DNA of 64,000 nucleotides from Mobula hypostoma. Lineage: Eukaryota. How positions within the stretch are numbered: the first letter of the stretch is position 1; each line of letters starts with the position of its first letter. The stretch covers positions 7,132,001-7,196,000 of the forward strand of contig NC_086109.1 of the NCBI RefSeq assembly GCF_963921235.1, in the 5' to 3' direction. Both the position numbers and the translations under genes were made by a program. The notes beneath the pieces were generated by a model. That model was not told where the DNA came from. It did no database searches and saw nothing but the letters and a program-made list of their open reading frames with translations. Positions 38,561-52,309 of this stretch are shown here, in pieces.

Positions 38561-39580
38561 GATGTCACGCACGTACATACTCTGACGATAGGTTTACTTT
38601 GAGCTCTGAACCTTTCGATTGTCAGAGCAGCAAGACAGAGCGGTGATCAGCTGGATTGGAAAGGCATGTGAGCTGCTTCCCTTACTGGGCAAGGCACACA
38701 GAGAGGGGAACTGTTTTCCAAGTTAGTTAAGCCACAGCTTGAGAGGATGGGAATAATTCTACCTGCTGTGTGAAAGAAAAGACATAATTGTGCTGGAGAG
38801 AGTGCAGGGCTTTAAGAGAATGTGGAGAATTGTAACTCTAGAGAAAGACTGGGGAGGCTGTGATTATTTTCATTGGGACGGATGAAGCCACGGAGAGGCT
38901 AAATTGCCTTATTAATCCAAGGATTTAGATGGAGCTTCCTATTTTCCTTGGCAGTGTGCTCAAACCCCAAATGTGGAGATTTAAAGTAGTCAGAAGGTGG
39001 ATTAGAGGAGGGAGGGAGAGAGGCGTTTGTGCCAGAGGGTGATGAGGGTGTAGAATTCACTGCTTGACAGGCTGGAAGAACCAAATACCCTCCCCACATT
39101 GGGACAGTACCTGGTACGCACCCAAAGAGCTATCAACTGTCTGGGAAGTCCCCGATTGGGCTGGGGGTAATTTTTGCAACCCACAGATATGATGGGTCAA
39201 ATGGACGCCTTATATTGAACATAGAACAGTACATGGCCATTGGCCCAAGATGTTGTGCTGACTCTTTAACATGTTCCAAGATCAATCTAACCCTCCCTCC
39301 TACAAAGCCCTCCATTCTTCTATCATCCAAATGCTTAAGAGTCTCTTAAATATCCCTTCTATGATATATGTACTCTGTGATGGTATCTGTCATTCCATTC
39401 TATATCCACTTCCCAATATTTTTCAGATCTATCTATTTGGAGGTATCATGGCTTTGTGTAGCAACTGTTCTGCCCGTGACCGGAAGAAACTGCAGAGATT
39501 TGTGAACACACCGCAGCATACCAGGGAAACTAGCCTCCCCTCCATAAACACTGTCCACACTTCCCACTGCCTCTGTAAAG

Positions 39581-39885
39581 GCATCCGTTAGTCTTGCGAG
39601 ACCATGGATCTGTGCCTGGAAAGTCTTCACTCTCCAGGACGCAGGCCTGGGCAAGGTTGTATGGAAGACCAGCAGTTGCCCATGCTGCAAGCATCCCCTC
39701 TCCACGTCACCAATGTTGTCCAAGGGAAGGGCATTAGGACCTATATAGCTTGGCACCAGTGTCGTCGCAGAGCAATGTGTGATTAAGTGCCTTGCTCAAG
39801 GACACACACGCTGCCTCGGCTGGGTCTCGAACTCATGACCTTCAGGTTGCTAGTCCATTGTCTTAACCACTTGGCCACATGTCCA
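39581..39885 (-). mobile_element. tRNA-headed SINE with RTE-like tail
   Basis: Reverse complement of 46955-47262 with high similarity; A/B boxes present. Confidence 0.85.
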
Positions 39886-42800
39886 CTGTAAAGCAGCCAG
39901 CATAATCACATTCCCTCTTCTCCCCTCTCCTGTTGGGCAGAAGATACAAAACCTTTACCACACGTACTACCAAGCTCAAGGACAGCTTCTTTCCCCCTGA
40001 ACAGACCACACACATGCTAAAAGATGAACTCTTGATCTCCCAATCTTCCTCATCATGGCCCCTGAACATTAATTTGTCTGCCTGCACTGCACTTTCTCTG
40101 TAATTGTAGTACTCTGCACTCTGCCTCTCCCAACCATTGAGCACATCTACATGAAACACTGTCGTAGGAAAGCAGCACCCATCGTCAGAGATCCCCACCA
40201 CCCAGGCCATGCTCTCTTCTCGCTCCTGCCATCAGGTAGAAGGTACAGGAGCCTCAGAACTCACACCACCAGGTTCAAGAACAGTCACTACCCCTCAACC
40301 ATCAGACTCTTGAACAAGTAGGGATAACTGCACTCACTTGCCCCATTATTAAAATGTTCCCACAACCAACGATCTCACTTTAAGGACTCTTTATCTCATG
40401 TTCTCGTTATTTATTGCTATTGATTTATATTTTCATTTGCACAGTTTGTTATTTTCTGCACTCTGGTTGATCTTTCACCGATCCTGTTATAGTTACTGTT
40501 CTGTAGATTTACTGAGTATGCCCACAGGAAAATGGATCTCGGGGTTTTATATGGTGACATACACGTGTACCTTCATAATAAATTTATTTTTAACTTCATA
40601 CTGTCTCAGTGTATGTATGGAATGAAATGTCTGGATGGTACAGAAACAAATGGTTTTCATTGCTTCTCAATACACCAAAACCACTCTTGAAGACACAGCT
40701 TAGAGAAAGGGCAGCTCTAATGAAATTATTTTATATTTGATTCTTTCTCAGCAATCCGCTTAGAAACAGAGCTTGTGCACCAAAATAAAACAAACTACAA
40801 GAAATCAGGTCATCTTTCCCAGGGCAAAGACAACCATGAGAAAACAAATAAACTCGACAGAATTAATTACATCACAGGATGTATTCCTTCTGGGACTGCA
40901 TCCCGTATCTCTTCTGCTGTGGAAAGTTCAAAATCCAAACTGCATCTTGAGCTCACTTGAGTTACAAGAGCTTTAATTCTGTAAATTCAACAGCTATAAA
41001 CATGATTTGATGTAGTACCATTCTTTTGTGGATTATGGTAATTGGGGATTTGGGATAATTTGATCCTTCTGAAGCAAAGTAAGGTTTTTCTATGTCCCGC
41101 AGACTTTCATTAATGTGATCCAGATGTGAAACATGTTCCTAACACTCAACCTTAAGGCAACACTAGCCGCTTGCCTGCGACATCGATACACAGTGGCTGA
41201 TACATGGGAACAGGAGAAGGTGCAGAGGTATCACACTCACCAGTCACATAATGCCCTCCATCCCCATTGGGACTGTTTTTTGTAGGGTTGGCTTGGCTAA
41301 ATAGGTGTTCCCTTCTTTGGGTTATCAGCAGATTCCCACCACTGCCTCTAAGGATTTTGTACGTTCTCCCCGTGACCGCGTGGGTTTCTCCGGGTGCTCC
41401 TGTCTCCTCCCACAGTCCAAAGGTGTGCTAGTTTGTAAGTTAATCGGTCATTGTAAATTGTCCTGTGATTAGGCTAGGATTAAATCAGGGGATTGACGGG
41501 CCACGCAACTCAAAGAGCTGGAAGGGCCTGTTCTGTGCTGTATGTCAATAAATAAACAGAATTTGGAAGCAAATGTTGCAACATCGGCAGAAAATATTTG
41601 CAACATCTAATATTCTGTCCGAGCATGGGCTGCCTCACACGGTGAAGGTCTGTGAATGGGTCCGGATATTGTGCAATCATCAGGGAAATTTTGTTTATTT
41701 GGATATACAGAGTGGAATAGACCCTTCTGGCCCTTCGAAACGCACCGACCAGCAATTTAACCCGAATCTAATCATGGGACAATTTACAATGACCAGTTAA
41801 CCTACTTAGTACGTCTTTGGACTGTGGGAGGAAAGCGGAGGACCCGGGGAAAACCCATACATTCCACGAGGAGGATGTGCAAAGACACCAACAGAAAACG
41901 GGCAGAATTGAACTCCAAATTCCAACGACCCAGCTGGATTCCAGCTGTAATGTCGCACTAACTGCTATACTACCATGGTACACCACATCTCATCCCCACT
42001 TCTGATCTTATGATGGAAGGGAGGCTGCCAATGAAGCAAATCAAGGGACGTTGCCCTGAGGAAATACTTGGACCTGGATAATTGATCTGTATGGACCTTA
42101 ATCTGTGGGACCACAGCCAGGTGGAACTTAGCAGGTTTTCTGAGTTGCTGAATTCCTCCAGGATTTCTAGCATCTACAGAGTCTCTTGTGTTCAAGACCA
42201 CACACTTTTTCAGGGAACATTCAAGGCTGCTCACTCCCAGGACAACATTTAAACATTTAAACAACATTTAAACAATTGGTTGGACTGGTACATGGTTAGG
42301 AGTGGCTTGGAGGGTTATAGGCCAATGGCACTAATGTAGATGAGACTATTCCTTGTGGGCTGAAGGGCCTGTTTCTTTGTTGTATGACATCATGACTCTA
42401 TGACAAAGTAGATTAATTTCCCCCAACAACATTCCATACGGAGCATCGCACAGGGAGTGTTATCGCTCGGTGTGGGAACAATATGAAAGGCATGGCAGTG
42501 TAGTGGTTAGCATCACACTTTACAGTGCTGGTGATCAGGGGTTCAATTCCTGCTACTATCTGTAAGGCCTTTGTAAATTTGCCCTGTAATCACGTGGGTT
42601 TCTTCTGGGTGAACCGGTTTCTTCCCACATTCCAAACGTGTTCGGGTTAGGGTTAGTAAGTTGTGGGCATGATGTGTAGGCACCGGAAATGTGGTAACAC
42701 TTCTTCCATGGTCAACCGATCAGATTCCATCTTGTTCAGCCCTTTACCGCTTCCACCTATCAACTCCCAGTTTCTCACTTCATCTGCCCACCACCTTCCC

Positions 42801-43399
42801 CCTCACCTGGTCTCACCTGTCACCTGCCAGCTTGTACTCTTTTCCCCTCCCCCCACCTTTTCATCCTGGCATCTTCCCCCTTCCTTTCCAGTCCTGGTGA
42901 AGAGTCTCAGCCAGAAACATCGACTAGTTATCGCTCTCCATAGGCGCTGCCTGACCCGTTGAGTTCCTCCAGCATCTTGTGTTCGTTGCTGAGGATCAAC
43001 GTTCAAACTCAATTTATTATCAAAGTGCATATGCATTTCGGGCATCTGTAGAATCTCTTGTGTTTATCATTTGTGATACCCAGTACAACCTGTGCTGGCT
43101 GTTGATGAAACAACCATTTTTATGTACTTTTTGATGTTTCAGTGAACATATGAGAAATAAATTTAATCTCTTTAAAATCTTTGGAAGAGATACTCAAAAC
43201 AGGAAGTGCCTGGATAAGTTTCCAGTCGCGCAGCCAATTTCACTCTGACTAATTTCACTGAGGTACTGCTGAAACAAACACTGCATTACAATTGAATTTC
43301 AAGGTTAAGGTACAGTTTAATAAATAAAGTTTTGGTGTTTTAACTTTTTTGGCATCAGGACTACAGGACTGATGGGAAAGCTGGCCACCTGAAGTTTGA

Positions 43400-44555
43400 A
43401 GTTCAAAGTAAATTTATTATCAAAGTACACATGTATATGTCACCATATACAACCTTGAGATTCGTTTTCTTGCAGGCATACACAGTAAATCCAAGAAACA
43501 CAATGGAATCAATGAAAGACCACACCCAACAGGACGGACAAACAACCAATGTGCAAATACAAAAGAGAAAAAAAAGCAATAAATATCAAGAGCATGAAAT
43601 GAAGAGTCTTTGAAAGTGACCCCATAGTTTGTGGGAACAGTTCAGTGATGGGGACGAGTGAAGTTATCCCCTCTGGTTCAAGAGCCTGATGGTTGAGGGG
43701 TAGTAACTGTTCCTGACCTGGTGGTGTGAGTCTTGAGGCTCCTGGGCCTTCTTCCTGAAGGCAGTGAGAAGAGAGTTTGGACTGGGTGTTGGTAGTTCTT
43801 GATACTGAAATAACTGGATCACTGGGGGCCATGGTAAAGGTTGCTCCATGTTTTGACAGTGAAAGTGAGCATTAAAGACTTTGAGCTCATCTGGGAGTGA
43901 AGCCTTGTTGTCACGTACAGTATGTTGCCTGATTTCACTTTGTAACATTCAAGCCCTGCCACAACTGTTGAGCATCCTTCAGTGATTAAAGTTTGGTTCA
44001 GAATTGCAGGTGAGATGGCTTTTTGGAGATTGTATCTGGACCTCTTCTATCTTACTTGGTCACCAGACATGAATGCCTCTGATATGGCCCTCAGCAGATT
44101 GCAGATCTCATGGTTCATCCAAGGCTTCTGGTTGGGGAAGACACTGAATGATTTTGTGAGGACATACTTGTCCACGACTGTTTGATTAAAGTCTTTGACA
44201 ACCGTGGTGTATTCACTCAGGTCTTCCGAAGAGTCCTTGAACACAGACAAATCCACCAACTTCAGGCAGTTCCACAGTCGCTTCTTTGCCTCCCGTAACC
44301 ACCTCATTGTTGTCCTTATCTCTGGAGCCTTGTTGAAGTAGGAGGAGGATGGTGAGGTGATTAGATTTCCTGAAATGTGGTTTAGGTGTGGAACGGAGGG
44401 CATTCCTTATCAGAGTGTAGCAGTGGTGTAGTGTGTTTGGACCTCTGGTGCAGCAGGTTATATGTTGATGATAATTGTGCAGTGATTTCTTCAAACAAGC
44501 CTGACTGAAGTCCCCGACTAATGATTTGAAATGCATCGGGGTGGGCAGCTTTTAG
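43400..44555 (-). mobile_element. Rex1/Babar LINE fragments with internal deletion
   Basis: GDFSQACLKKSLHNYHQHITC, FPNQKPWMN, LPDELKVFNAHF joined directly to the NSYYPSTIRLLN 3' end. Confidence 0.82.
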
Positions 44556-46954
44556 AGGTTCCACAGGTAATGTAATGGTTTTTCTGCAGCAGCAGTGTTT
44601 GGGTTACGGCTAGAGATAACAGGGGCTTTGGAATGTGCACCGTCCAATGAAGGGAGCGTTTTTTTTCCTTGTTGTGTGCCTGAGACCGAGGTGATCTGGG
44701 TCTTTTGTTTGGCAGAAGCTGAAGGGGAAGATGCCAGAAAGGAGAAGTTGTAGACACCAGAAAGGAGTGGACTTGGAGTGGGGCCGGGAGTCGATGAAGC
44801 TAGGGAAATTGATGGAGGACCAGTGGATGGGAGGTCGTGAGCTCCAACTAGTGCACGTTAGACTGTTTCATTATAATGGGCCCTTTTCCTTTTGTTTTAC
44901 GTTACTAACCCTTTAGTCAAATTAAGAACTATAAAGCTAAATCATTTAATTGCATATGGTGTATTGTCTGTTATTTTGTTTTACTGATTTGTAACAGGGT
45001 AACACACCATGCAGTATCCCCACAAACAGGAGGTTTTGCACCTCAATCTCACACGTTTGGTGGGGCCAGAGATTGTCTTCCCTGGACTTACACAGCTGAC
45101 AGAACCTGAGGGTTACATTTGTTTATGGCAGAATTCAATTATCTCGAGTGTCTGGGTAACACTAGCTTTTGGTGTGGTCAGGATGACGGAAGAGAACTCC
45201 CTGGGTAAGTAGATATGGACTGAAAGCTGTGGCCATGGGTTCTACAATTAATCTCTTCAGTAGACAAAAACATAATTTTAAGTGGAACATTGACCTGACA
45301 ATTCCCTTGAATTCATTACAGTTCAAAGTACAAAGTAAATTTATTATCAAAGTAGATATACTGTATGTCACCATAGTGGGCAAACTCAATAAATCCATAA
45401 AAAAAACATAACTGAATCAATGAAAGACTGTGCCAACCAGAGTGAAAATACAAAGAGAATGAAATAACAATAATAATAAATAAATAAACACTAATTATTG
45501 AGAACATGAGATGAAGATGCGACCATTGGTTGAAATTTCCATAGAGAACATTTCAGTGATGGGATAAGTGAAGTTAACGCCTTTGATTCAAGAGCCTGAT
45601 GGTTGAGGGGTAGGAACTGTTCCTGAACCTGGTGGTGTGAGTCCTGAGGCTCTTATACCTTCTTCCTCATGGCAGCAATGAGAAGAGAGCATGACCTGGG
45701 TGGTGGGGGTTCCTGATTGATGGATGCTGCTTTCCTGTGATGACCTCCAAATAGATGTGCTCAATAGGGTGAGGGCTTTACCCGTGATGGATTGGGCCAT
45801 ATCCAGTACCTTTTGTAGGATTTTCCATTCGAGGGCATTGGTGTTTCCAAACCAGGTCATGATGCAACCAGTCAAAGTTTTAGATGTCATGCCGAATCGC
45901 CACAAACTTCTAAGTAGAGACCCTGACGTGCTTCCTTCATAATCACACTTATGTGCTGTGTCCAGGACAAGTCTTCTGAAATGATAGCACTGAGGAATTT
46001 AAAGCTGCTGATCCTCTCCACCTCTAATTCCTCAGTGAGTACTGGCTCATGGACCTCTGGTTACCTCTTCCTGGAGTTTCCTTGGCTTGCACACCTCTTA
46101 AACTCCTGTGCTCCAATGAATATAGTCATAACCTGTCCAAACTCCCCCTATAACTCTGGCGCGTGAATCCTGGAAATATCTTGCCCCAACCCCAGATGAT
46201 TTCCTACCTAATGCCATACCAACCATCACAATCCTTCCCTCTCACAGTCAAAATGTCACCTTTAACCCTCTCCTGCTCTTCCTCATTGTGCCGGCCCTAT
46301 TTCTGACCTTTGATCTCACCCTCACCTCCTACCTTCCCTCTCTCCCCCGTCTGCCCCAACCCTAGCAGCAGCTCCAGTCACAGGTCTCCTTCCCTCAACC
46401 AGTCGCCAACCTCCCGTGACCAAGACTTGGACTTGCTTGAGTCAGGGGAGTCTGCAGATGCTGCCCGCAGTTGGGGTCCCACATGGGGGGTGGGTCCCAT
46501 GTGGAGGGTCCCAGGGGTCATTATGTCCAGGAAGGTCCAGTCCCTGGATTGCAAGGCCTTCCTGTTTGCAAGATCAGTGATAGAAAGAAAGGGAGGTCGC
46601 ACAGCTTTGAGGGAAGAGACGTAGAAACGGAGGTGTACGCAAGGCTTCCTCCAGGCTTGAAAACCACACAGGGCCTGGAGGAGCAGGAGGAAGTCTGTTT
46701 GTTAAACAGAGTAAGTATTGCTCTGAACATATTCCACAACCTCCCGGACTCACTTTCAAGAGCTCTACAATTCATTTTCTCAGTATTTATCTGTCTGTAT
46801 TTATTACACAGTTTGTCTTCTTTGGCACATCTGTTGTTTGTCAGTTTTTGTTTATGCGTAGTTTTTCATTGATTCTTTAGTATTTATCTGTTCTACTGTG
46901 AATGCCCGTAAGAAGTGAATCTCAGGGTAGTATACGGTGGCACATATGCATATG

Positions 46955-47262
46955 TGGGCACATGGCCAAGTGGTTAAAGCATTGGACTAGCGACCTGAAG
47001 GTCGTGAGTTTGAGCCCCAGCCGAGGCAATGTGTTGTGTCCTTGAGCTAGGCACTTAATCACACATTGCTCTGCGACGACACTGGTGCCAAGCTGTATGG
47101 GTCCTAATGCCCTTCCCTTGGACAACATTGGTGTCGTGGAGAGGGGAGACTTGCAGCATGGGCAACTACTGGTCTTCCATACAACCTTGCCCAGGCCTGC
47201 GCCCTGGAGAGTGAAGACTTTCCAGGCGCAGATCCATGGTCTCGCAAGACTAACGGATGCCG
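46955..47262 (+). mobile_element. tRNA-headed SINE with RTE-like tail
   Basis: tggccaagtgg A box, gtttgagcc B box, ends gatccatggtctcgcaagactaacggatgcc. Confidence 0.85.
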
Positions 47263-48539
47263 TATATGCACTTCGATAATAAATTTACTTTGAATTTTGA
47301 AGTAACTGGCTGGTATAAACTCTTCATTTCAGGCAGAAATGAGAAACTGTGAAAAATTTGTGGCTGAAACTCACCATTTCTGTCTAGACAGCACACTTGA
47401 TTAATACTCAGAACTTCGACTAAATTGTCAGAACAGCAGTCATTTGGGAGGAAAAAGGGAAAATGTATTGGATGCACAAACCAACTGAAGGGAGACCACT
47501 TATACATTTGTAAGTTTATAGGAAACATAGATAGACAACTAGGATCTTTCTCCCCGGGATTGAAAAATCTAAAACTAGAGGGCATGCGTTTAGGGTGAGA
47601 GGGTGGTTAAAGTTAAAAGAAGACATGCAAGGCAAGTTATTTACACAGAGAATGGCGGGTGCCTGGAATGGGCTGCCAGGAGTGGTAGTGGATAGGAAAG
47701 GCATGCTAAAGAGATCCTTAGATGCGCAGAGAATGGAGGGATAGGGACATTATGTAGGCTGAAAGGATTGGTTTAGGGCAGGAGTTCCAAACCTAGGATC
47801 CATGGCATGAAAAAGGTTGGGATCCCCTGGTTTAAGGAATTTAATTACTACTTTGCGACACACACAAAATGCTGGAGGAACTCAGCAGGCCAGGCAGAAT
47901 CAATGGAAAAAAATACAGTTGACATTTCAGGCCGAGAACCTAATTACTACTTTAATCAGTTCAATCATCGTGGAACATAGATCATGCACCTGTTTTGTAC
48001 GGTTCTGTGTTCTATTTTCTATGTTCAAATATTGGAACTTCTCATAAGTAGATCAACAAAGGCTTGTTTAACTTCGATGATTCCCCACCTCTCTGGGTTT
48101 TGCCTTCAAAGTGTCTCTCCTTTTCTCCACACAAGGCACATCTGCCACAGGACTGGCCCCACATGGTCAATGTGTCAGAAGGCTGTTCCTACCTAAGTGT
48201 TGTCATGGAGAAGCAAGAGGAGAAAGTCAGGACAAGGACAGTTGGACCGTGATAATGTTCTTCAGGAGGACCTCTGCCGCCCCAACCTGGTCTGGTCTAC
48301 TTGTTCCATTTCAATGTCAAATGGCCTCTGATGACTAAACAAGACAGTTTATCACCAGGCCCATGGGCCACACCCAAGACTGAGGACCTCAGGAGTGGGG
48401 ACTGGCCCACAATACCACTGAATGCATGTGAGGAGCACACAACCCAGAGCAAAATCATTGATTTGCAATTCATCCACAATTTCCTTCAACAATAACTTTT
48501 CTCATACATACAATGGGCATTCACTGATAGAAGTTTCAG

Positions 48540-49360
48540 TGAAGTGGAAGGCTACCAAAATATGGCACTTAATGTAGACAAGTCTGAGGTGTGGCACTTT
48601 GGTAGGACCAGCCAGGGTAGGTCTTACACAGTGAACGGTAGGGCACTGAGGAGTGTGGTAGATCAAAGGGATCTGGGAATACAGGTCCATAATTCACTGA
48701 AAGTGGCATCACAGGTAAATAGGGTCATAAAGAAAGCTTTTGGCACATTGGCTTTCATAAATCAAAGTGTTGAGTACAGGAGATAGGATGTTATGTTGAA
48801 GTTGTATAAGACATTTGTGAAGCCTAATTTGTGTGCAGTTTTGGTCACCTACCTATAGGAAAGATGGAAGTAAGGTTGAAAGAGTACAGAGAAAATTTAC
48901 AAGGATGTTGCCAGGTCTGGAGGACCTGAGTTATATGGAAAGATTAAATAGGTTAGGACATTTTCCTGGAACGTAGAAAATTGAGGGGAGATTTGATTGA
49001 GGTGTACAATATTATGAGAGGTACAGATAGAGTAAATACATGCAGGGTGTTACCAATGAGGTTGGGTGGGACCACCCAAAGAGGCCATGGGTTAAGGGTG
49101 AAAGGTGAAAAGTTTAAGGGGAACATAAGGGGTAACTTCTTCACTCAAGAGGATTGTGAGAGTGTGGAATGAGCTGCCGGCACAAATAATGCATGAAAGC
49201 TCAATTTTAACATTTAAGAGAAGTTTGAATAGGTACATGTATAGTATGGATATGGTCCTGGGGCGTATCATTGGGAGTAGAGAGTTTAAATAGCTCAGCA
49301 TGGACTTGATGAGCCAAAGGGCCTGGTTCTGGGCTGTACTTTTCCATGACTATGACTCTA
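48540..49360 (+). mobile_element. CR1 LINE 3' fragment
   Basis: EVWHFGRT, RDLGIQVHNSLKV, RGDLIEVY; (atgact)n tail. Confidence 0.88.
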
Positions 49361-49384
49361 ATAGTCATTGTTTACAGGGTTGTT

Positions 49385-49736
49385 TGCCGAGCCTGGGGGT
49401 TAGGTCACAAACGTTTTGTCACCATTCAAGGTGACATCATCAGTGTGCAATTGAGTGCTGTTTCTGCCGAGTGCTCGCAGTTATATAAGTCCGACTCATT
49501 ATTCTGATTGGCTGGCTGTCGCACAGGCCGCTAGTCTCCTCCGGGTCCCAGCCAACCAGATAGCTGAGTGATCTCTGCTGGTCCATATCCCAGGTTATCA
49601 GCTGATGTGAGCATTGGTTCCTCAGGTACCCACAGCTCATCCCTCAGCCCTGATCCCACAGATGCACAGGGTTTGTAAATGGCATCCAGTTCAAAATGCT
49701 TATTAATAGAGTCTCCTACTAAAACCAAGCTTCTAA
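49385..49736 (-). mobile_element. 3' end of a second Penelope family (Poseidon-like) with its own hammerhead motif at 49406-49447
   Basis: Minus-strand LEAWF...SINKHFELDAIYKP resembles the Penelope ORF C-terminus; caca-CTGATGA-t-gtcacc(ttgaat)ggtgac-AAAA-cgtt-tgtg. Confidence 0.72.
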
Positions 49737-50074
49737 GGTCCAGAAGGAGGGTCTCAGCCGGAAACATCGACTGTTTGCTCTTTTCCATAGGCACTGCCTG
49801 ACCTGCTGAGTTCCTCCAGCATTTTGTGCGTGAAGCTTCGAAGAATTCTCGAATTCTTCTAAGGAAAGATTTAGTTTTCAAATGCTACCTCAGGAAATCC
49901 AACTTTGCAGCGACACATATATATATATCACACACAGCACATAAAGCAAAATATTGCCACCAATAAGTTAATAAAATATAATTCAAATGCATATGGTGTG
50001 CAGCACAGGTAAACAGTAAACAGCTCACTATCCTAGTGACAAGACCTCAGTGGTTGTCAGGGTATTCTGCTGTC

Positions 50075-50527
50075 TTACGCAGAGAGGTTAGACAGACTGA
50101 GCTTGTACACGCTGGAATTAAGGAGATTAAGGGGGGATTTGATTGAGACATATAAGATTATTAAGGGATTGGACAAGATAGAGGCAGGAAATATGTTCCA
50201 GATGCTGGGAGAGTCCAGTACCAGAGGGCATGGTTTAAAGGATAAGGGGTGGGTCATTTAGGACAGAGTTGAGGAGGAACTTCTTCTCCCAGAGAGTTGT
50301 GGAGGTGTGGAACGCGCTGCCTCAGAAGGCAGTGGAGGCCAATTCTCTGGATGCTTTCAAGAAGGAGCTAGATAGGTATCTTATGGATAGGGGAATCAAG
50401 GGTTATGGGGACAAGGCAGGAACCGGGTATTGATAGTAGATGATCAGCCATGATCTCAGAATGGTGATGCAGGCTCGAAGGGCTGAATGGTCTACTTCTG
50501 CACCTATTGTCTATTGTTTATTGTCTA
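50075..50527 (+). mobile_element. CR1 LINE 3' end
   Basis: RGDLIETYKI and NFFSQRVV-type coding; (ctattgt)n tail. Confidence 0.85.
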
Positions 50528-50669
50528 TTCGTTAGCCTCACACCCTGAGGGAAGAAGTTATTGCTCCGTCTGGCAGTTTTACTCCTCAAAGTATGTATAT
50601 GCTACCTTGGGATCAATTTTCTTGCAGCATTTACAGGAAAATAAAGAAACACAGCAGGATTTATGAAAA

Positions 50670-51274
50670 GCAACACACATCAAAGTTGCTGGTGAACGCA
50701 GCAGGCCAGGCAGCATCTGTAGGAAGAGGTACAGTCGACGCTTCAGGCCGAGACCCTTCGTCAGGACTAACTGAAGGAAGAGTGAGTAAGGGATTTGAAA
50801 GTTGGAGGGGGAGGGGGAGATCCAAAATGATAGGAGAAGGCAAGAGTGGGAGGGATAGAGCCAAGAGCTGGACAGGTGATAGGCAAAAGGGGATACGAGA
50901 GGATCATGGGACAGGAGGTCCGGGAAGAAAGACTGGGGGGGGGGACCCAGAGGATGGGCAAGAGGTATATTCAGAGGGACAGAGGGAGAAAAAGGAGAGT
51001 GAGAGAAAGAATGTGTGCATAAAAATAAGTAACAGATGGGGTACGAGGGGGAAGTGGGGCCTAGCGGAAGTTAGAGAAGTCGATGTTCATGCCATCAGGT
51101 TGGAGGCTACCCAGACAGAATATAAGGTGTTGTTCCTCCAACCTGAGTGTGGCTTCATCTTTACAGTAGAGGAGGCCGTGGATAGACATGTCAGAATGGG
51201 AATGGGATGTGGAATTAAAATATGTGGCCACTGGGAGATACTGCTTTCCAGCATCTGCAGAATTCCTGTTGTTT
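50670..51274 (-). mobile_element. Penelope-like element 3' fragment with TSD
   Basis: 14-bp TSD aggatttatgaaaa (50656-50669 and 51275-51288); GIY-YIG C-terminal coding on the minus strand; hammerhead motif 50733-50768 (GAAA>GAAG). Confidence 0.9.
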
Positions 51275-51679
51275 AGGATTTATGAAAAACTATACATAAA
51301 CATCAGACTGGCAAACAACCCATTTGCTAAAGAAGACAAATTATGGAAATAACAAAAAATATAAATAATATTGAGAACATGCAGTGTAGAGTCCTTGAAC
51401 GTGAGTTTCTTGGTTGTGGGATTAGTTCAGTGTTGTGGCTCTTGGTCCAGGAGCCTGAAGGTTGTAGGGCAATAACTGTTCCTCAACATGGTGGGGAGGC
51501 ACCTAAAGCTTCTGTAGCTCCTGCCTGATGGTAGCAGTGAGAAGAGAGCATGGCCTGGATGGTGGGGGTCCTTGAAGCTGGATACTGCTTTCTTGAGACA
51601 GGGCTTCTTGTAGATGTTCTCAATGATGAGGAGGGCTTTGCCCAGAGATGCACTGGGCTGAATCCACCACATTTGACCA

Positions 51680-52222
51680 GATAATTGTGTACAGTTGGTC
51701 ACCGAATTATAGGAAAGATGTCAACAAAATAGAGAGAGTACAGAGAAGGTTTACTAGAATGTTACCTGGGTTTCATCACCTAAGTTACAGAGAAAGGTTG
51801 AACAAGTTGAGTCTTTATTCTTTGGAGCATAGAAGGTTGAGAGGGGACTTGATAGAGGTATTTAAAATTATGAGGGGGATTGATAGAGTTGACGTGGATA
51901 GGCTTTTTCCATTGAGAGTGGGGGAGACTCAAAATAAGAGGACATGAGTTGAGGGTTAAAGGGGAAAAGTTTAGGGGTAACATGAGGGGGAACTTCTTTA
52001 CTCAGAGAGTGGTAGCTGTGTGGAACGAGCTTCCAGCAGAAGTGGTTGAGACAGGTTCGATGTTGTCATTTAAAGTTAAATTGGGTAGATATATGGACAG
52101 GAAAGGAATGGAGGGTTATGGGCTGAGTGCAGGTCGGTGGGACTAGGTGAGAGTAAGAGTTCGGCATGGACTAGATGGGCTGAGATGGCCTGTTTCCGTG
52201 CTGTAATTGTTATATGGTTATA
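51680..52222 (+). mobile_element. CR1 LINE 3' fragment
   Basis: WSPNYRKDVNKIERVQRRFTRMLPG, RGNFFTQRVV. Confidence 0.9.
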
Positions 52223-52309
52223 TAATATAATCAGAATCAGGTTTAAATTTCACTGACATATGCCATGAAATTTGTAATGTTTCTGGCATCAGTACAGTAC
52301 GTTACATAG

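Noticed and set aside
40752..40976. Unique region with an acceptor-like site and short ORFs as a terminal exon
   Set aside because: No recognisable protein similarity or partner exons.
44571..45117. Possible solo LTR (tgtaa...ttaca ends)
   Set aside because: No TSD, PBS/PPT or second copy in the window; cannot be supported.
50593..51276. 227-aa plus-strand ORF
   Set aside because: Antisense read-through of a Penelope 3' fragment.
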